Part shown: positions 1 to 9,640 of the stretch, piece after piece | Layout of the letters: every line of letters starts with the position of its first letter | How positions within the stretch are numbered: the stretch's first letter is position 1 | Assembly: GCA_964522205.1 (NCBI GenBank) | Contig: CAZFTG010000003.1 | Location: 24,433 to 83,386 of the forward strand | Origin: an uncultured Thermoproteales archaeon | GTDB lineage: Archaea > Thermoproteota > Thermoprotei > Thermofilales > B20-G17 | Direction of reading: 5' to 3' | Length of the DNA stretch: 58,954 nucleotides | The notes under the pieces: generated by a model | What the model saw: only the letters and a program-made list of their open reading frames with translations | What the model was told of the DNA's origin: nothing | Database searches by the model: none | Position numbers and translations under genes: made by a program

Positions 1-1
1 T

Positions 2-679
2 ACTGTTAGAGGGACTTCAGTGGTTAAAGTAGTAAGTCCGCTTAAGATAAAACCTATGCCACTTCAGGATGTAGTCTCCTTAATAGGTGTTGAGGGTCTT
101 GCTATTCTCCTGACAGCTATAGCCTCTGAAGAAAAAGTTCTTCTTCTCTCTCACTCGGATTCTCTTACTAGAGGTCTTCTTGCAAAGATTGGAGAAATCG
201 TGAGGCCAGTGAAAATCTTAACAGCCTGGGTAGAAGAACCTAATGAGGCGTTAGCTATACTACGTAGCCATAGAGGAATGGCTACTATTATCGGTGTCCC
301 GAGAGTTTCATATGCCCTGGTACCTAGTAATACATTAATTCTTAAAGTTGGAGAGCCATATAATGCAAGAAAAGATGAGAAAAAGGCACTTAAGTATTTA
401 ATAAAGGTGATAAAATCCTCTCTTTCCCTTATAGATGAGTATTCCAGGGTTGCCCTTTTGAACAATACATTTCTGAGACTTAAAAAACTAATCAGAGATA
501 CTATTAGAGTATTAATTGAGCGACGGAGAATTAGTAAATCTGAACTTAGAGCACTTATAAGTCCAAATATGCATATGGATGAACTAGACCTCGTACTATT
601 TGCACTCAATAGATTCAAAGGAATAAATATCAAAGAATATATTATAACGGGTGTCGAGGAATTCTTCATGCCTATATAG
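2..679 (+). CDS. 5'-truncated protein with DENN-like alpha/beta core and probable C-terminal helical/HTH region
   Basis: Frame is open from position 2 (ACT GTT AGA GGG ACT TCA GTG), so the gene probably starts before the window. Stop at 677-679. IGVEGLAILLTAIASEEKVLLLS...RP...IIGV resembles the cDENN consensus. Confidence 0.6.
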   Translation, partial: TVRGTSVVKVVSPLKIKPMPLQDVVSLIGVEGLAILLTAIASEEKVLLLSHSDSLTRGLLAKIGEIVRPVKILTAWVEEPNEALAILRSHRGMATIIGVPRVSYALVPSNTLILKVGEPYNARKDEKKALKYLIKVIKSSLSLIDEYSRVALLNNTFLRLKKLIRDTIRVLIERRRISKSELRALISPNMHMDELDLVLFALNRFKGINIKEYIITGVEEFFMPI

Positions 680-762
680 TTACTAGTTAAACACTTATCT
701 TACCTCTTGAGGGATAAGTATAAATTTCCAAAAATCGCTTAAATCTTAAGCTGGTGGTTTAC

Positions 763-1854
763 ATGTACAATATAGGTGAAAGAGAGCTAGAACTCTTAAA
801 AAAACTCTCTGAAGCCTTTGGACCACCAGGCTTTGAGTTTGAAGTACTGAAATTGGTAAAGGAGTACGCTTCAAGGTATACTGACTATATGGAAATGGAT
901 AACTTAGGCTCTCTTGTGATGGTAAAGAAAGGAACTAGCAGTAGACCTAGAGTTGCAATAGCCGGACATAGCGATGAGGTTGGTTTCATAGTGTCTGGGA
1001 TAACTAAAGAGGGATATGTAAAGTTCATTCCACTCGGCGGATGGTGGAGTCAGGTACTACTAGGACAGAGAGTTCTAATTAAGACAAGGAAAGGAACAGT
1101 ACATGGAGTTATAGCTAGTAAACCTCCTCATGTACTAAAGCCAGAGGAGAGAGATAAAGTGGTTAAGATAGAGTCTATGTTCATAGACGTAGGGGCTACT
1201 AGTAGAGAAGATATTGAAAAGTTGGGAATACGAATAGGAGATCCTATAGTACCCTGGTCTCCCTTCACGATATCATCCATAGGAACTACCATATTTGGAA
1301 AGGCCTTTGATGATAGAATAGGAGTATTTATGGCAGTGGAGACGCTAAGAACACTGTATGAGAATAATCTAGAGCATCCTAATGTACTCATGTCGATAGC
1401 AACAGTTCAAGAGGAAGTAGGAGGAAGGGGTGCCCAGACAGTATCCTACGTAGCTGAACCTGATGTGGCAATAATAGCTGAGGTAGATATAGCTAGAGTT
1501 CCCGGTGTAGAGCCTCATGAGGCTCCAGCAGTACTTGGTAAGGGACCAACTATACTTACATATGATTCCTCTATGATACCGAGTCAGAAGTTTAAAGAGT
1601 TTGTAATCGATGTAGCTGAAGAGAGTAACATACCATATCAGCTCTCCATAGTTCCCAAAGGAGGAACAGACGCTGGACGATTTCACCTCTATAGGACAGG
1701 TAGACCTAGTATAGTAATAGGAGTACCGACTAGATATATACATTCACATGTAGGAGTGATTCACTTAAAAGATCTAGAAAATGCAGTTAGACTACTAATA
1801 GAAGTAGTAAGGAGATTAGATGAAACTACAGTCAAAAACTTGACACCACTATAG
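763..1854 (+). CDS. M42 family (TET-like) aminopeptidase
   Basis: Metal ligands GHSDEVG, KAFDDR, QEEVG, RYIHS. ATG 763 follows GGTGG; the ORF track starts at GTG 754. Confidence 0.93.
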   Translation: MYNIGERELELLKKLSEAFGPPGFEFEVLKLVKEYASRYTDYMEMDNLGSLVMVKKGTSSRPRVAIAGHSDEVGFIVSGITKEGYVKFIPLGGWWSQVLLGQRVLIKTRKGTVHGVIASKPPHVLKPEERDKVVKIESMFIDVGATSREDIEKLGIRIGDPIVPWSPFTISSIGTTIFGKAFDDRIGVFMAVETLRTLYENNLEHPNVLMSIATVQEEVGGRGAQTVSYVAEPDVAIIAEVDIARVPGVEPHEAPAVLGKGPTILTYDSSMIPSQKFKEFVIDVAEESNIPYQLSIVPKGGTDAGRFHLYRTGRPSIVIGVPTRYIHSHVGVIHLKDLENAVRLLIEVVRRLDETTVKNLTPL

Positions 1855-2117
1855 TTCCTTTTTCACCTTCTATTAAAATATATGGTCAGAGGAGGTAGAT
1901 ATCGTCATCGCTCTGTGCAGGTCAGTATCATCATTCCACAGTATAGTATACGAAGCGAATATTAATGGATTTTTACTCGACGTTCGGAAACAGGCTATTA
2001 TACTTGACAAGAATACTTAAGACAATTGAGTACACATCTAACTCGCAGAGAATAGACATACACTATTAAATAAAGAAGAAATAAGTTTATAATATACCAT
2101 AATGGGAATATTATTGG

Positions 2118-3455
2118 ATGACATTTGTGATCTCAAGAAAAGCGATTTCAGCTATATTAGCAGTAATGCTTCTGATCATTATTTCAGTAGTATCCTCCAT
2201 AATACTGTACTTAATGATCACGTCTTATATGGGAGAAATGACATCATCAGAAGGTGCATCTAGCTCACTCAAGGGTAGGATAAAGATAGAGGGCGTAAAA
2301 GTTCAAGAGTCACAGCTGATAATCTACACCCGAAACATTGGAAATACGAGAGCGAGGATCGATAAAGTCTTTATAGAGAAACATGGAGTTGTACTACACG
2401 CCCTTGATGTAAAGGGGGAAGTGGTAGAGATAGCTCCAGGTGATGTTGAAGAAGTAGTGGTCTCATTACCTGAGAGTTTGGAAACTGGAAGCTACGCAAT
2501 AAGAATAGGCAGTATTACAGGCGTTTCATCATATTTTCAATTCAATTACTACGAATCTACAGGTGTTGAGAGTCCACAGGACTGGCTTCAGGGATGGAAG
2601 TATAGGAGAGGAATAATTATAATCGAGATGAGTGGAAATGATCTGTTAGGCTATCAGATTAGGATGGTATTGACTCCTGACAATTTCGATTATACTAAAG
2701 CCAGGGGAGATGGAGGTGATATCCGTTTCACTAGTGATGATGGAATAACCCCTCTCCCATACTGGATTGAGAAATGGGTTCAAGGAGGAGATTCTATATT
2801 ATGGATTAAAATACCAGAGATACCAGCTAATGGTCAAGTAAAAATATACATGTACTACGGCAACCCCTCAGCAAGCTCATTATCTAGTGTAGATTCGACA
2901 TTTGACGATGGTATTCTTATGCATACTAAGCATAACATTCTGGGAGATCCTAAGAATTTAGATCAACAGAAACTCTACTGGGAACGAGCGAAAGATGAGA
3001 ATGGCTACGGCTGGAGGATAATAGAGTCATTCGATAAGGTTAGTAACCATGGTACAATAGGTGGTGTTAAAACAGATATAGCATTTAGGTGGTGGTGTAT
3101 ATTCTATGCTAATGAGGAGGGAGTATGGAACTTTAGATATGGTCCAGATGCTGGTCTAGCATCTTCTGAGTTCGTAGATGGAAATGTTAAAGAACAGACG
3201 TATAATGATCGTTGGTGGAGCTATAATTGGAACGATCCTGATATCATATACTTTTCAGCATACCTCGAAAAGGGGTGGCATACAATTGAAATCCTAGCCT
3301 TCGAGGGATGTTGTGATGGAGGGCAATCACTCCAGTTCAAGTCACCCTCAGATTCTACTTGGAAGGACTTTTCAATATCTAACCTTCCAATAAAGACCTG
3401 TAAGTACATATCTCCTGAACCAATGGTGATTATTGGTTCGGAAGAAGTCCCTTAG
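2118..3455 (+). CDS. Type IV pilin/archaellin-like signal + Ig-like + DUF2341-like + C-terminal PA14-like (CCxG) domain surface protein
   Basis: Class III signal SRKA|ISAILAVMLLIII. WKYRRGIIIIE...DIRFT...LPYWIEKW...LWIKIP...IYMYYGNP is DUF2341-like. C-terminal GPDAG...FVDG...FEGCCDGGQSLQFK. Confidence 0.8.
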   Translation: MTFVISRKAISAILAVMLLIIISVVSSIILYLMITSYMGEMTSSEGASSSLKGRIKIEGVKVQESQLIIYTRNIGNTRARIDKVFIEKHGVVLHALDVKGEVVEIAPGDVEEVVVSLPESLETGSYAIRIGSITGVSSYFQFNYYESTGVESPQDWLQGWKYRRGIIIIEMSGNDLLGYQIRMVLTPDNFDYTKARGDGGDIRFTSDDGITPLPYWIEKWVQGGDSILWIKIPEIPANGQVKIYMYYGNPSASSLSSVDSTFDDGILMHTKHNILGDPKNLDQQKLYWERAKDENGYGWRIIESFDKVSNHGTIGGVKTDIAFRWWCIFYANEEGVWNFRYGPDAGLASSEFVDGNVKEQTYNDRWWSYNWNDPDIIYFSAYLEKGWHTIEILAFEGCCDGGQSLQFKSPSDSTWKDFSISNLPIKTCKYISPEPMVIIGSEEVP

Positions 3456-3515
3456 ATTCCAATGTGTTACCTTAGTATACTTAACTTTATTAGTGCTTAG
3501 GGAGTAGTTAAAAAT

Positions 3516-4550
3516 ATGAAATCTTTAGCATTATCATTGATAATATTACTGACATTAGCATTATCCTTCCATATGGTTGAGACTAGGCCTCTCTATTCAA
3601 AATGGAACACTAACCACTACGAACTTACACTAATATATGATGATGAGGCTATACTTGATGAATCCTATACTGTGACTGTAGACTTTACAGTGCTCGTAAA
3701 TATGACTATCCAAGAGCTAAAGGTAAGTCTATGGATTGTATATGACTCTAGTTGCAGGCTTCTGCACGAACAAACGATCATAGAAAATACCTATGTAAAT
3801 AGTGGATGGAGTATAGGAAAGACTTTTACAACCACTATTTCAATAACTCCTCCACCTGAACCACTACTTATACTTAAGATTCATTTGAAGTATAATGTTA
3901 ATTCTAAAACGTATACTCTTGAGTACAATGGAGGTATACTACCAGTAAGGACTGAAAGCTACGAGGAGCTAACAGATAGAATAGCAAATCTATCCTCCGA
4001 GCTTAAAAATCTGAAAGAGGAACTAGAGACTAAGGAGGAGGAGTTAATTAAAATTAGAGAGGAACTAGAGGAGGTAAAATTAAATTACTATACCCTCTCT
4101 GGTAACTACAGTGAGTTAAACAGAGCATATAATGATCTAAAACAGTATTTTGAGAACATTTTAGATGAATATAAGGAATTATTAAAGAAATATGAGGATA
4201 AATTGGCTGAATTGGAAAAGCTTAGAGGAGTCTATGAGAAGCTATGTGAAAATTACAGAGCCCTAGAGGAGGACTATTCTAAGCTAGGTAAAGAGTATAA
4301 AGAAATCTATGATCTATACATGGACTATAAATCTAAATATGAGGAACTATCTAAGAGGTATGGAGAATTATTTGATACCTACAAAGAGCTGGGAAGTAGG
4401 TACTCCTACTTATCAAATGTAACTACAGTTCTCTCATTTCTACTACTGATTTCAATTGTTATAGCTCTCTACATGGGTAAGGAGAGAATACGAATTCCAG
4501 TAAAGTTAAAGGAAGGAGGAGAAAAGTTAAAGAGTAAATCGACTATGTAG
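3516..4550 (+). CDS. Secreted, C-terminally membrane-anchored coiled-coil protein
   Basis: N-terminal signal peptide, beta-rich domain, about 150 aa of YxxL heptads, TM helix VLSFLLLISIVIALYM, basic tail. Confidence 0.8.
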   Translation: MKSLALSLIILLTLALSFHMVETRPLYSKWNTNHYELTLIYDDEAILDESYTVTVDFTVLVNMTIQELKVSLWIVYDSSCRLLHEQTIIENTYVNSGWSIGKTFTTTISITPPPEPLLILKIHLKYNVNSKTYTLEYNGGILPVRTESYEELTDRIANLSSELKNLKEELETKEEELIKIREELEEVKLNYYTLSGNYSELNRAYNDLKQYFENILDEYKELLKKYEDKLAELEKLRGVYEKLCENYRALEEDYSKLGKEYKEIYDLYMDYKSKYEELSKRYGELFDTYKELGSRYSYLSNVTTVLSFLLLISIVIALYMGKERIRIPVKLKEGGEKLKSKSTM

Positions 4551-5205
4551 TAGAGGATTTTCTTATAGCTCTCAATAATCTCTTTAGGAATATCCTCTCT
4601 GGAACTAGACCTTCGAATTCCACTTTATCATTAATCACTACCTTAGGTACTGCAAATATATTGTACTTTTCAACTAGTTCTGGAAATTCAGATGCCTCAA
4701 TAACATCTGTAGTTATCCTCCTATTGGCAAGGGCAAACATACATGCTTTCCAAGCCATATGAGGACAGTAGGGACATGCTGGAGTTACAAATACCCGAAT
4801 ATGTACATTTTCCTCTATCCTCTTAATCTCTTCTATAGTACTCTTGTTAAGATATATATTACCAGTAGATGCAGCTAATATCGTGTTCACAAGTACTCCG
4901 AATTCTTCTCCAGCCGGTATTCCAAAGAACCTTATATTGTATTCTTCTTCACTATGAACCACTATAGCTGGATACATGTTGATGTTAAATCTTTTATCCT
5001 CCTCTTTCCTTTCCTCGTGTTTAATGGTACTTATGAGGGGGGAAAGGTTTGAAATAGTATCAACTATATATTCAACATCCTCACAGTACTTACACTCTCT
5101 AATACTAGTCTTGAAGAAATGTAGAGTTACAGGTCTCTTTAACCCATTGAATATTCTCTTTACCTCATCTATTACTTCTGGATCTATTTTTATACTCATA
5201 CTCAA
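4543..5205 (-). CDS. Protein disulfide oxidoreductase (double thioredoxin fold, PDO/AhpF N-terminal-like)
   Basis: CKYC and CPYC motifs, GIPAGEEF, AVPKVVIN. Confidence 0.9.
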   Translation of the reverse strand: MSMSIKIDPEVIDEVKRIFNGLKRPVTLHFFKTSIRECKYCEDVEYIVDTISNLSPLISTIKHEERKEEDKRFNINMYPAIVVHSEEEYNIRFFGIPAGEEFGVLVNTILAASTGNIYLNKSTIEEIKRIEENVHIRVFVTPACPYCPHMAWKACMFALANRRITTDVIEASEFPELVEKYNIFAVPKVVINDKVEFEGLVPERIFLKRLLRAIRKSSTT

Positions 5206-5305
5206 AGAAACACTATAGTACTTAAAGATATATCGCTGATTAGAAAGAACTTGAAGTGCATCAGTATTTTTAAAGTTTAAATCTTAAAAGAGAAAAGGTG
5301 TTCGT

Positions 5306-6004
5306 ATGAAGTCTACAGCTATTGATATAGCCAAGCTCAATGCTGCTAAGAAGGCTATAGAACATGCGGAGAAGTGTAATATTATTGGAATCGGTACGGG
5401 CTCTACTGTAGAGAAGTTTATAGAAGCAATATCAAAACTAGAAGCGTTTAAAGAGAAGCTCTACATAGCCTCATCTTTTGATACAGTACTTAAACTCACA
5501 GAGTTGGGATTTAGAGTACTAGATCCCATGAACGTGAGTACTATTGATGTATATATCGATGGAGCTGATGAAGTAGATCCTGAACTCAACATGATTAAAG
5601 GTGGTGGAGCAGCATTAACCACTGAGAAGATGCTTACGTTCTACTCGAAAAAGAGGGTATTTATAGTAGATAGTAGAAAAATTGTAAGAAAGTTAGGTGA
5701 GAGAGCTCCGGTACCCCTAGACGTACTACCTAGAGCAACAAACATGGTGGTCAGATATTTGAAAGACTTGGGTTATAAAGTGGAGTATAGAATGGCCGCT
5801 AAAGGAAGGTGTGGTCCAGTAATGTCTGATGTAGGTGGTGTGATTCTAGATCTGTACACTGGTCCAATAGAGAACGTTAAGAATTTAGATCTACTACTCA
5901 AGAGCATTCCAGGAATAATAGAGCATGGACTCTTTGTGGAACTAGCGGATATCGTAATAGTTGGATATGTCGATAAAGTAGAAGTGCTATGTAGATCTAA
6001 ATGA
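5306..6004 (+). CDS. rpiA: Ribose-5-phosphate isomerase A
   Basis: GIGTGST, DGADEVD, KGGGAALTTEK, PGIIEHGLF. Confidence 0.97.
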   Translation: MKSTAIDIAKLNAAKKAIEHAEKCNIIGIGTGSTVEKFIEAISKLEAFKEKLYIASSFDTVLKLTELGFRVLDPMNVSTIDVYIDGADEVDPELNMIKGGGAALTTEKMLTFYSKKRVFIVDSRKIVRKLGERAPVPLDVLPRATNMVVRYLKDLGYKVEYRMAAKGRCGPVMSDVGGVILDLYTGPIENVKNLDLLLKSIPGIIEHGLFVELADIVIVGYVDKVEVLCRSK

Positions 6005-6046
6005 AGGTTTTTAATAAATGATATCCAAATATTAATGGGTGAGGAA

Positions 6047-6229
6047 ATGTCGTTGAAGCCCACAGAAATAGCTGAGGCGATATCTACTATAATTGAAAGG
6101 CTTGCTGGTAGAGGATCAGATATAGTGCTGTCCCTGGAGGATTTGACTTTGAATATAGCAGGAAGGTCCATTAAAATTAGTGGAAAAATAAGATTAGACG
6201 TCACATATGTTAGAGAGAGCAAGGAGTAA
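6047..6229 (+). CDS. Small hypothetical protein
   Basis: GGTGAGG RBS before ATG 6047 (ORF track starts 6035). Host-like codons; 6 bp gap to the next gene. Confidence 0.65.
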   Translation: MSLKPTEIAEAISTIIERLAGRGSDIVLSLEDLTLNIAGRSIKISGKIRLDVTYVRESKE

Positions 6230-6235
6230 AAGATA

Positions 6236-6637
6236 ATGTCCTCAAATTTCTACTCTTTTTTGCTAAATTTTCTTAAGATGATTAAAGGAGGGAAATTCTC
6301 TCTAGAAATTAGAGGTAAAAGCATAACAGTACTGATGTTTAAAGAGAATAGCCTACTTTTAGATCTTAGAGATCCAAATGCAATAGCATCCTTACTTAAG
6401 ACCATAAGGACAAGAAGAGAGACTAAGAAGATATCATGGTATCCTTTAGGGTTCAGGAAAATTGCTAATATATTAAAGGAGAGAGGCTACACAATATCTC
6501 TTCTACTTGGAGGAAAGACCATAGCAGTTCTTGGAGAAGAGGCTAAACCAGATCTTCTTACGAGACTCATGGGCTTAGAATCCATAGAGATTAGAGATCT
6601 AAAAAGCATTCTAAAACTCATGATATATTCCAGATGA
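6236..6637 (+). CDS. Hypothetical protein
   Basis: 133-aa ORF tightly coupled to the upstream small ORF; host-like codons. Confidence 0.7.
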   Translation: MSSNFYSFLLNFLKMIKGGKFSLEIRGKSITVLMFKENSLLLDLRDPNAIASLLKTIRTRRETKKISWYPLGFRKIANILKERGYTISLLLGGKTIAVLGEEAKPDLLTRLMGLESIEIRDLKSILKLMIYSR

Positions 6638-6688
6638 AGTCAAACTCCCATTCTCATAAGAGTATATAAGTAGTAGGACTATTAGTGC

Positions 6689-9343
6689 TTGATGAGAAAA
6701 GTAAGATGTATAGTAGTATCCCACACCCACTGGGATAGAGAATGGTACCTAACCTTTCAAGAATATAGATTACGCCTCTTAAGAGTAATAGATAAAGTGA
6801 TAGATCTACTACTAAGCAATCCTAAATTCAAATACTTCACCTTGGACGGACAAACTTCTGTTATAGAGGACTACCTTGAGTTGAGGCCTGAAAAAGAGGA
6901 ATTGGTGAGAAAGCTTGTAACTGAAGGAAGACTTCTAATAGGACCTTGGTACACGCAGTCCGATGAATCTATAGTAAGTCCAGAAAGTCTAGTAAGGAAT
7001 CTACTGATAGGACATAGAATAGCCAAATCCTATGGTAAAGTTATGAAAGTAGGATACCTTCCTGATACCTTTGGACATACAAGTCAATTGCCACAGATTC
7101 TGAGGGGATTTGGTATCGATAATTTCATCTTCATGAGAGGAGTAGGAGATGAATTCGATGGCATGGAGATAGAGTTCATATATGAAGCTCCAGATGGTAG
7201 TAGAGTGCTTTCGTGCTATCTTATGAGAGGATACTGTAATGCGAATATGCTAGGCGTAGAGAATCCATATCGAGGAAAATTATGGCGTAGTCCAGATGGA
7301 TGGAATACCGTATTTCTAGACATATACTACACAGAGCCTAAGCACGACATGGAAAAAGCATATAAGAGGATTAAAGAAATAGTAGATCTAATAAGTTCGA
7401 GATCTGTAACTGGTTTAGTATTATTAATGAATGGATGCGATCATCAACCTCCCCAAGGAGATATACCCTCTATAATAGAATTTGTAAATTCACATGACCG
7501 AGAATTATTCCTATATCATGGTACACTCGAAGAATATGTAAAATCCTTAAGAGAAGTTAAAGAGAAGCTAAAGGTGTTTAGGGGTGAGCTTAGAGGTGCG
7601 AAAAGACATCCATTACTAGTAGGAGTTCTCTCAAATAGAATATACTTAAAGCAATTAAACTACAGAAGTCAAGTTATACTGGAAAATTACGCTGAACCAA
7701 TATCCACTCTCTCTTACATATTAGGATCTAAGTATCCTTCCAGAGAACTATTGAAGGCCTGGAAAGAGCTATTACGTAATCATGCCCATGATAGCATCTA
7801 CGGATGTGGTATTGATCAAGTACATTTAGAAAATGAGGTGAGGTTCTATAGAGTTATAGGGATAGGTAGTAATATAGCCTATGAATTTGCTCAAGAAATA
7901 TGTAAGAAAATAAGGCCTAACGAAGATGGAGTACTTAGGTTATTAGTCTTTAATCCATTGAACTGGAAAAGGACAGATTACATAAGAGCTGTACTACCTA
8001 TTCCTAAGGGAGATTACGTCTTAGTAGATCCAGAAGGCGAAGAGTATCCCGTACATATAGTAAGAGAAATAGATACCATGGGAGGAGGAATCGATGTTGT
8101 TTTTACAGTAAAGGATGTTCCCCCTATAGGATATAAAGTACTGAACCTAGTAGAGAAAAAGAGCAAACCTAGTAGTTCATTAAAAGCGGGAGAGAATTGG
8201 ATAGAGAACGAGTACTTTAGAGTATATGCTGATCCTGAAAAAGGAGGGGCGCTTACTGTACTGGATAAGACTACAGGATTTGTGCTAAAGGATTTAAACG
8301 TATTTATAGATGAGGGAGATGCTGGTGATGAGTACAATTATTCACCTCCTAAAGAGGAGGACATGGTAGTAGAGAGTTCAGAGTTTAAAGCTGATGTTAA
8401 ATCTAGATTAGAACTCAGTAGAGTCCTGCTAACAGTCTATATCAATATGGAGATTCCACGAGCGTTGGAAGGGCAGAGAAGAAGCAGGGAATTAATAGAT
8501 ATGCCTATAAAAGTAGAGGTAAGTCTCTATCCAGGTGTCAGAAGAATAGATGTTAGTGTTGAAGTCGATAACAAGGCCAGAGATCATAGATTTAGAGTTA
8601 AATTTCCAACACCTCTTATGACAGAGGTTTCATATGCAGACTCACACTTCTATGTAGTAGAAAGACCAATAGAGCCTGTCAGCAAAGGGGTAAATTGGGT
8701 AGAACGACCACCAACTACTCATCCACAACTTCACTGGGTAGAAATAACAGATGGGAAATATGCTCTAATGATAGCTAATAGAGGATTACCAGAGTATGAA
8801 GTGAGAAGAGAGCCTGGAGCCACCATATATCTTACACTATTCAGGGCTGTAGGGTGGCTCTCTAGAGATGATTTGCTGACGAGAAAGGGACATGCAGGTC
8901 CTCACATACCCACACCTGGAGCTCAATGTATGCGTAAAATGAGATTTGAATACTCTATAATACCACATCATAGCACTTGGAGTGAGTTTAAAGCCTACAA
9001 ACTAGCTAGAGAATTTGCAATACCCCTATTTTATGTACCCTTCCAGAGGAGTAAGGGATCCTTACCTGAGGAAATGGAGTTTATCAGAGTTAAACCTGAC
9101 AACCTGATAGTAACAGCCCTCAAGAAGTCCGAAGATAATGAAAATATCGTATTGAGATTCTATAATATACTAGGAGAGACTACCAATGCCGAGATCTTCA
9201 TAAACTTTGACTTTAAAGAGGTATGGTTAGCGAACTTAAATGAAGAACCTATAAATAGGTTAAGAACAGAAAACAGATCAGTTAAATTAGAGGTAGGACC
9301 CCACAAAATTGTAACACTAATGATCAAACCCGGTATCAAATAG
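6689..9343 (+). CDS. GH38 alpha-mannosidase / mannosylglycerate-hydrolase-like protein
   Basis: SHTHWDREW, LDGQ, IGPWYTQSD, LPDTFGH, NHAHDSIYGC, DAGDEYNYS, LTLFRAVGWLSRDD. Confidence 0.93.
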   Translation: MMRKVRCIVVSHTHWDREWYLTFQEYRLRLLRVIDKVIDLLLSNPKFKYFTLDGQTSVIEDYLELRPEKEELVRKLVTEGRLLIGPWYTQSDESIVSPESLVRNLLIGHRIAKSYGKVMKVGYLPDTFGHTSQLPQILRGFGIDNFIFMRGVGDEFDGMEIEFIYEAPDGSRVLSCYLMRGYCNANMLGVENPYRGKLWRSPDGWNTVFLDIYYTEPKHDMEKAYKRIKEIVDLISSRSVTGLVLLMNGCDHQPPQGDIPSIIEFVNSHDRELFLYHGTLEEYVKSLREVKEKLKVFRGELRGAKRHPLLVGVLSNRIYLKQLNYRSQVILENYAEPISTLSYILGSKYPSRELLKAWKELLRNHAHDSIYGCGIDQVHLENEVRFYRVIGIGSNIAYEFAQEICKKIRPNEDGVLRLLVFNPLNWKRTDYIRAVLPIPKGDYVLVDPEGEEYPVHIVREIDTMGGGIDVVFTVKDVPPIGYKVLNLVEKKSKPSSSLKAGENWIENEYFRVYADPEKGGALTVLDKTTGFVLKDLNVFIDEGDAGDEYNYSPPKEEDMVVESSEFKADVKSRLELSRVLLTVYINMEIPRALEGQRRSRELIDMPIKVEVSLYPGVRRIDVSVEVDNKARDHRFRVKFPTPLMTEVSYADSHFYVVERPIEPVSKGVNWVERPPTTHPQLHWVEITDGKYALMIANRGLPEYEVRREPGATIYLTLFRAVGWLSRDDLLTRKGHAGPHIPTPGAQCMRKMRFEYSIIPHHSTWSEFKAYKLAREFAIPLFYVPFQRSKGSLPEEMEFIRVKPDNLIVTALKKSEDNENIVLRFYNILGETTNAEIFINFDFKEVWLANLNEEPINRLRTENRSVKLEVGPHKIVTLMIKPGIK

Positions 9344-9344
9344 G

Positions 9345-9560
9345 TTATTTACCCACCTCAATTTCAGTCGTTTCTTTACATACTCCTTTTAACTTCTCTA
9401 TTAACTCCTCACCCTTCTCGGGTTCTACTTTCATGGTGTACAGCTTCCTTCTAGTTTTTACTTTTATCTTAACTATGTCAGGATATTTAACTACCTTACA
9501 TCTCATAGCTACCTTAGCTAGTTCTAGTAGCCTATTCTCATCGAAGATCTCAACAGGCAT
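9345..9560 (-). CDS. rpl38e: Ribosomal protein L38e
   Basis: 71 aa; MPVEI...VKIKVKTRRKLYTMKV matches the L38e pattern. Confidence 0.88.
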   Translation of the reverse strand: MPVEIFDENRLLELAKVAMRCKVVKYPDIVKIKVKTRRKLYTMKVEPEKGEELIEKLKGVCKETTEIEVGK

Positions 9561-9640
9561 AGGGATCTCAAGGGATATTTAATTACCCTATTTTTAAATA
9601 TTAAGGTATATAGCAAAAGCATCATAACTGAGGGTAGTAA

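Noticed and set aside
1889-2020. Start-less 43-codon frame (EEVDIVIALCRS...) between the M42 and pilin genes
   Set aside because: No start codon or recognisable family; possibly a decayed fragment but unsupported.
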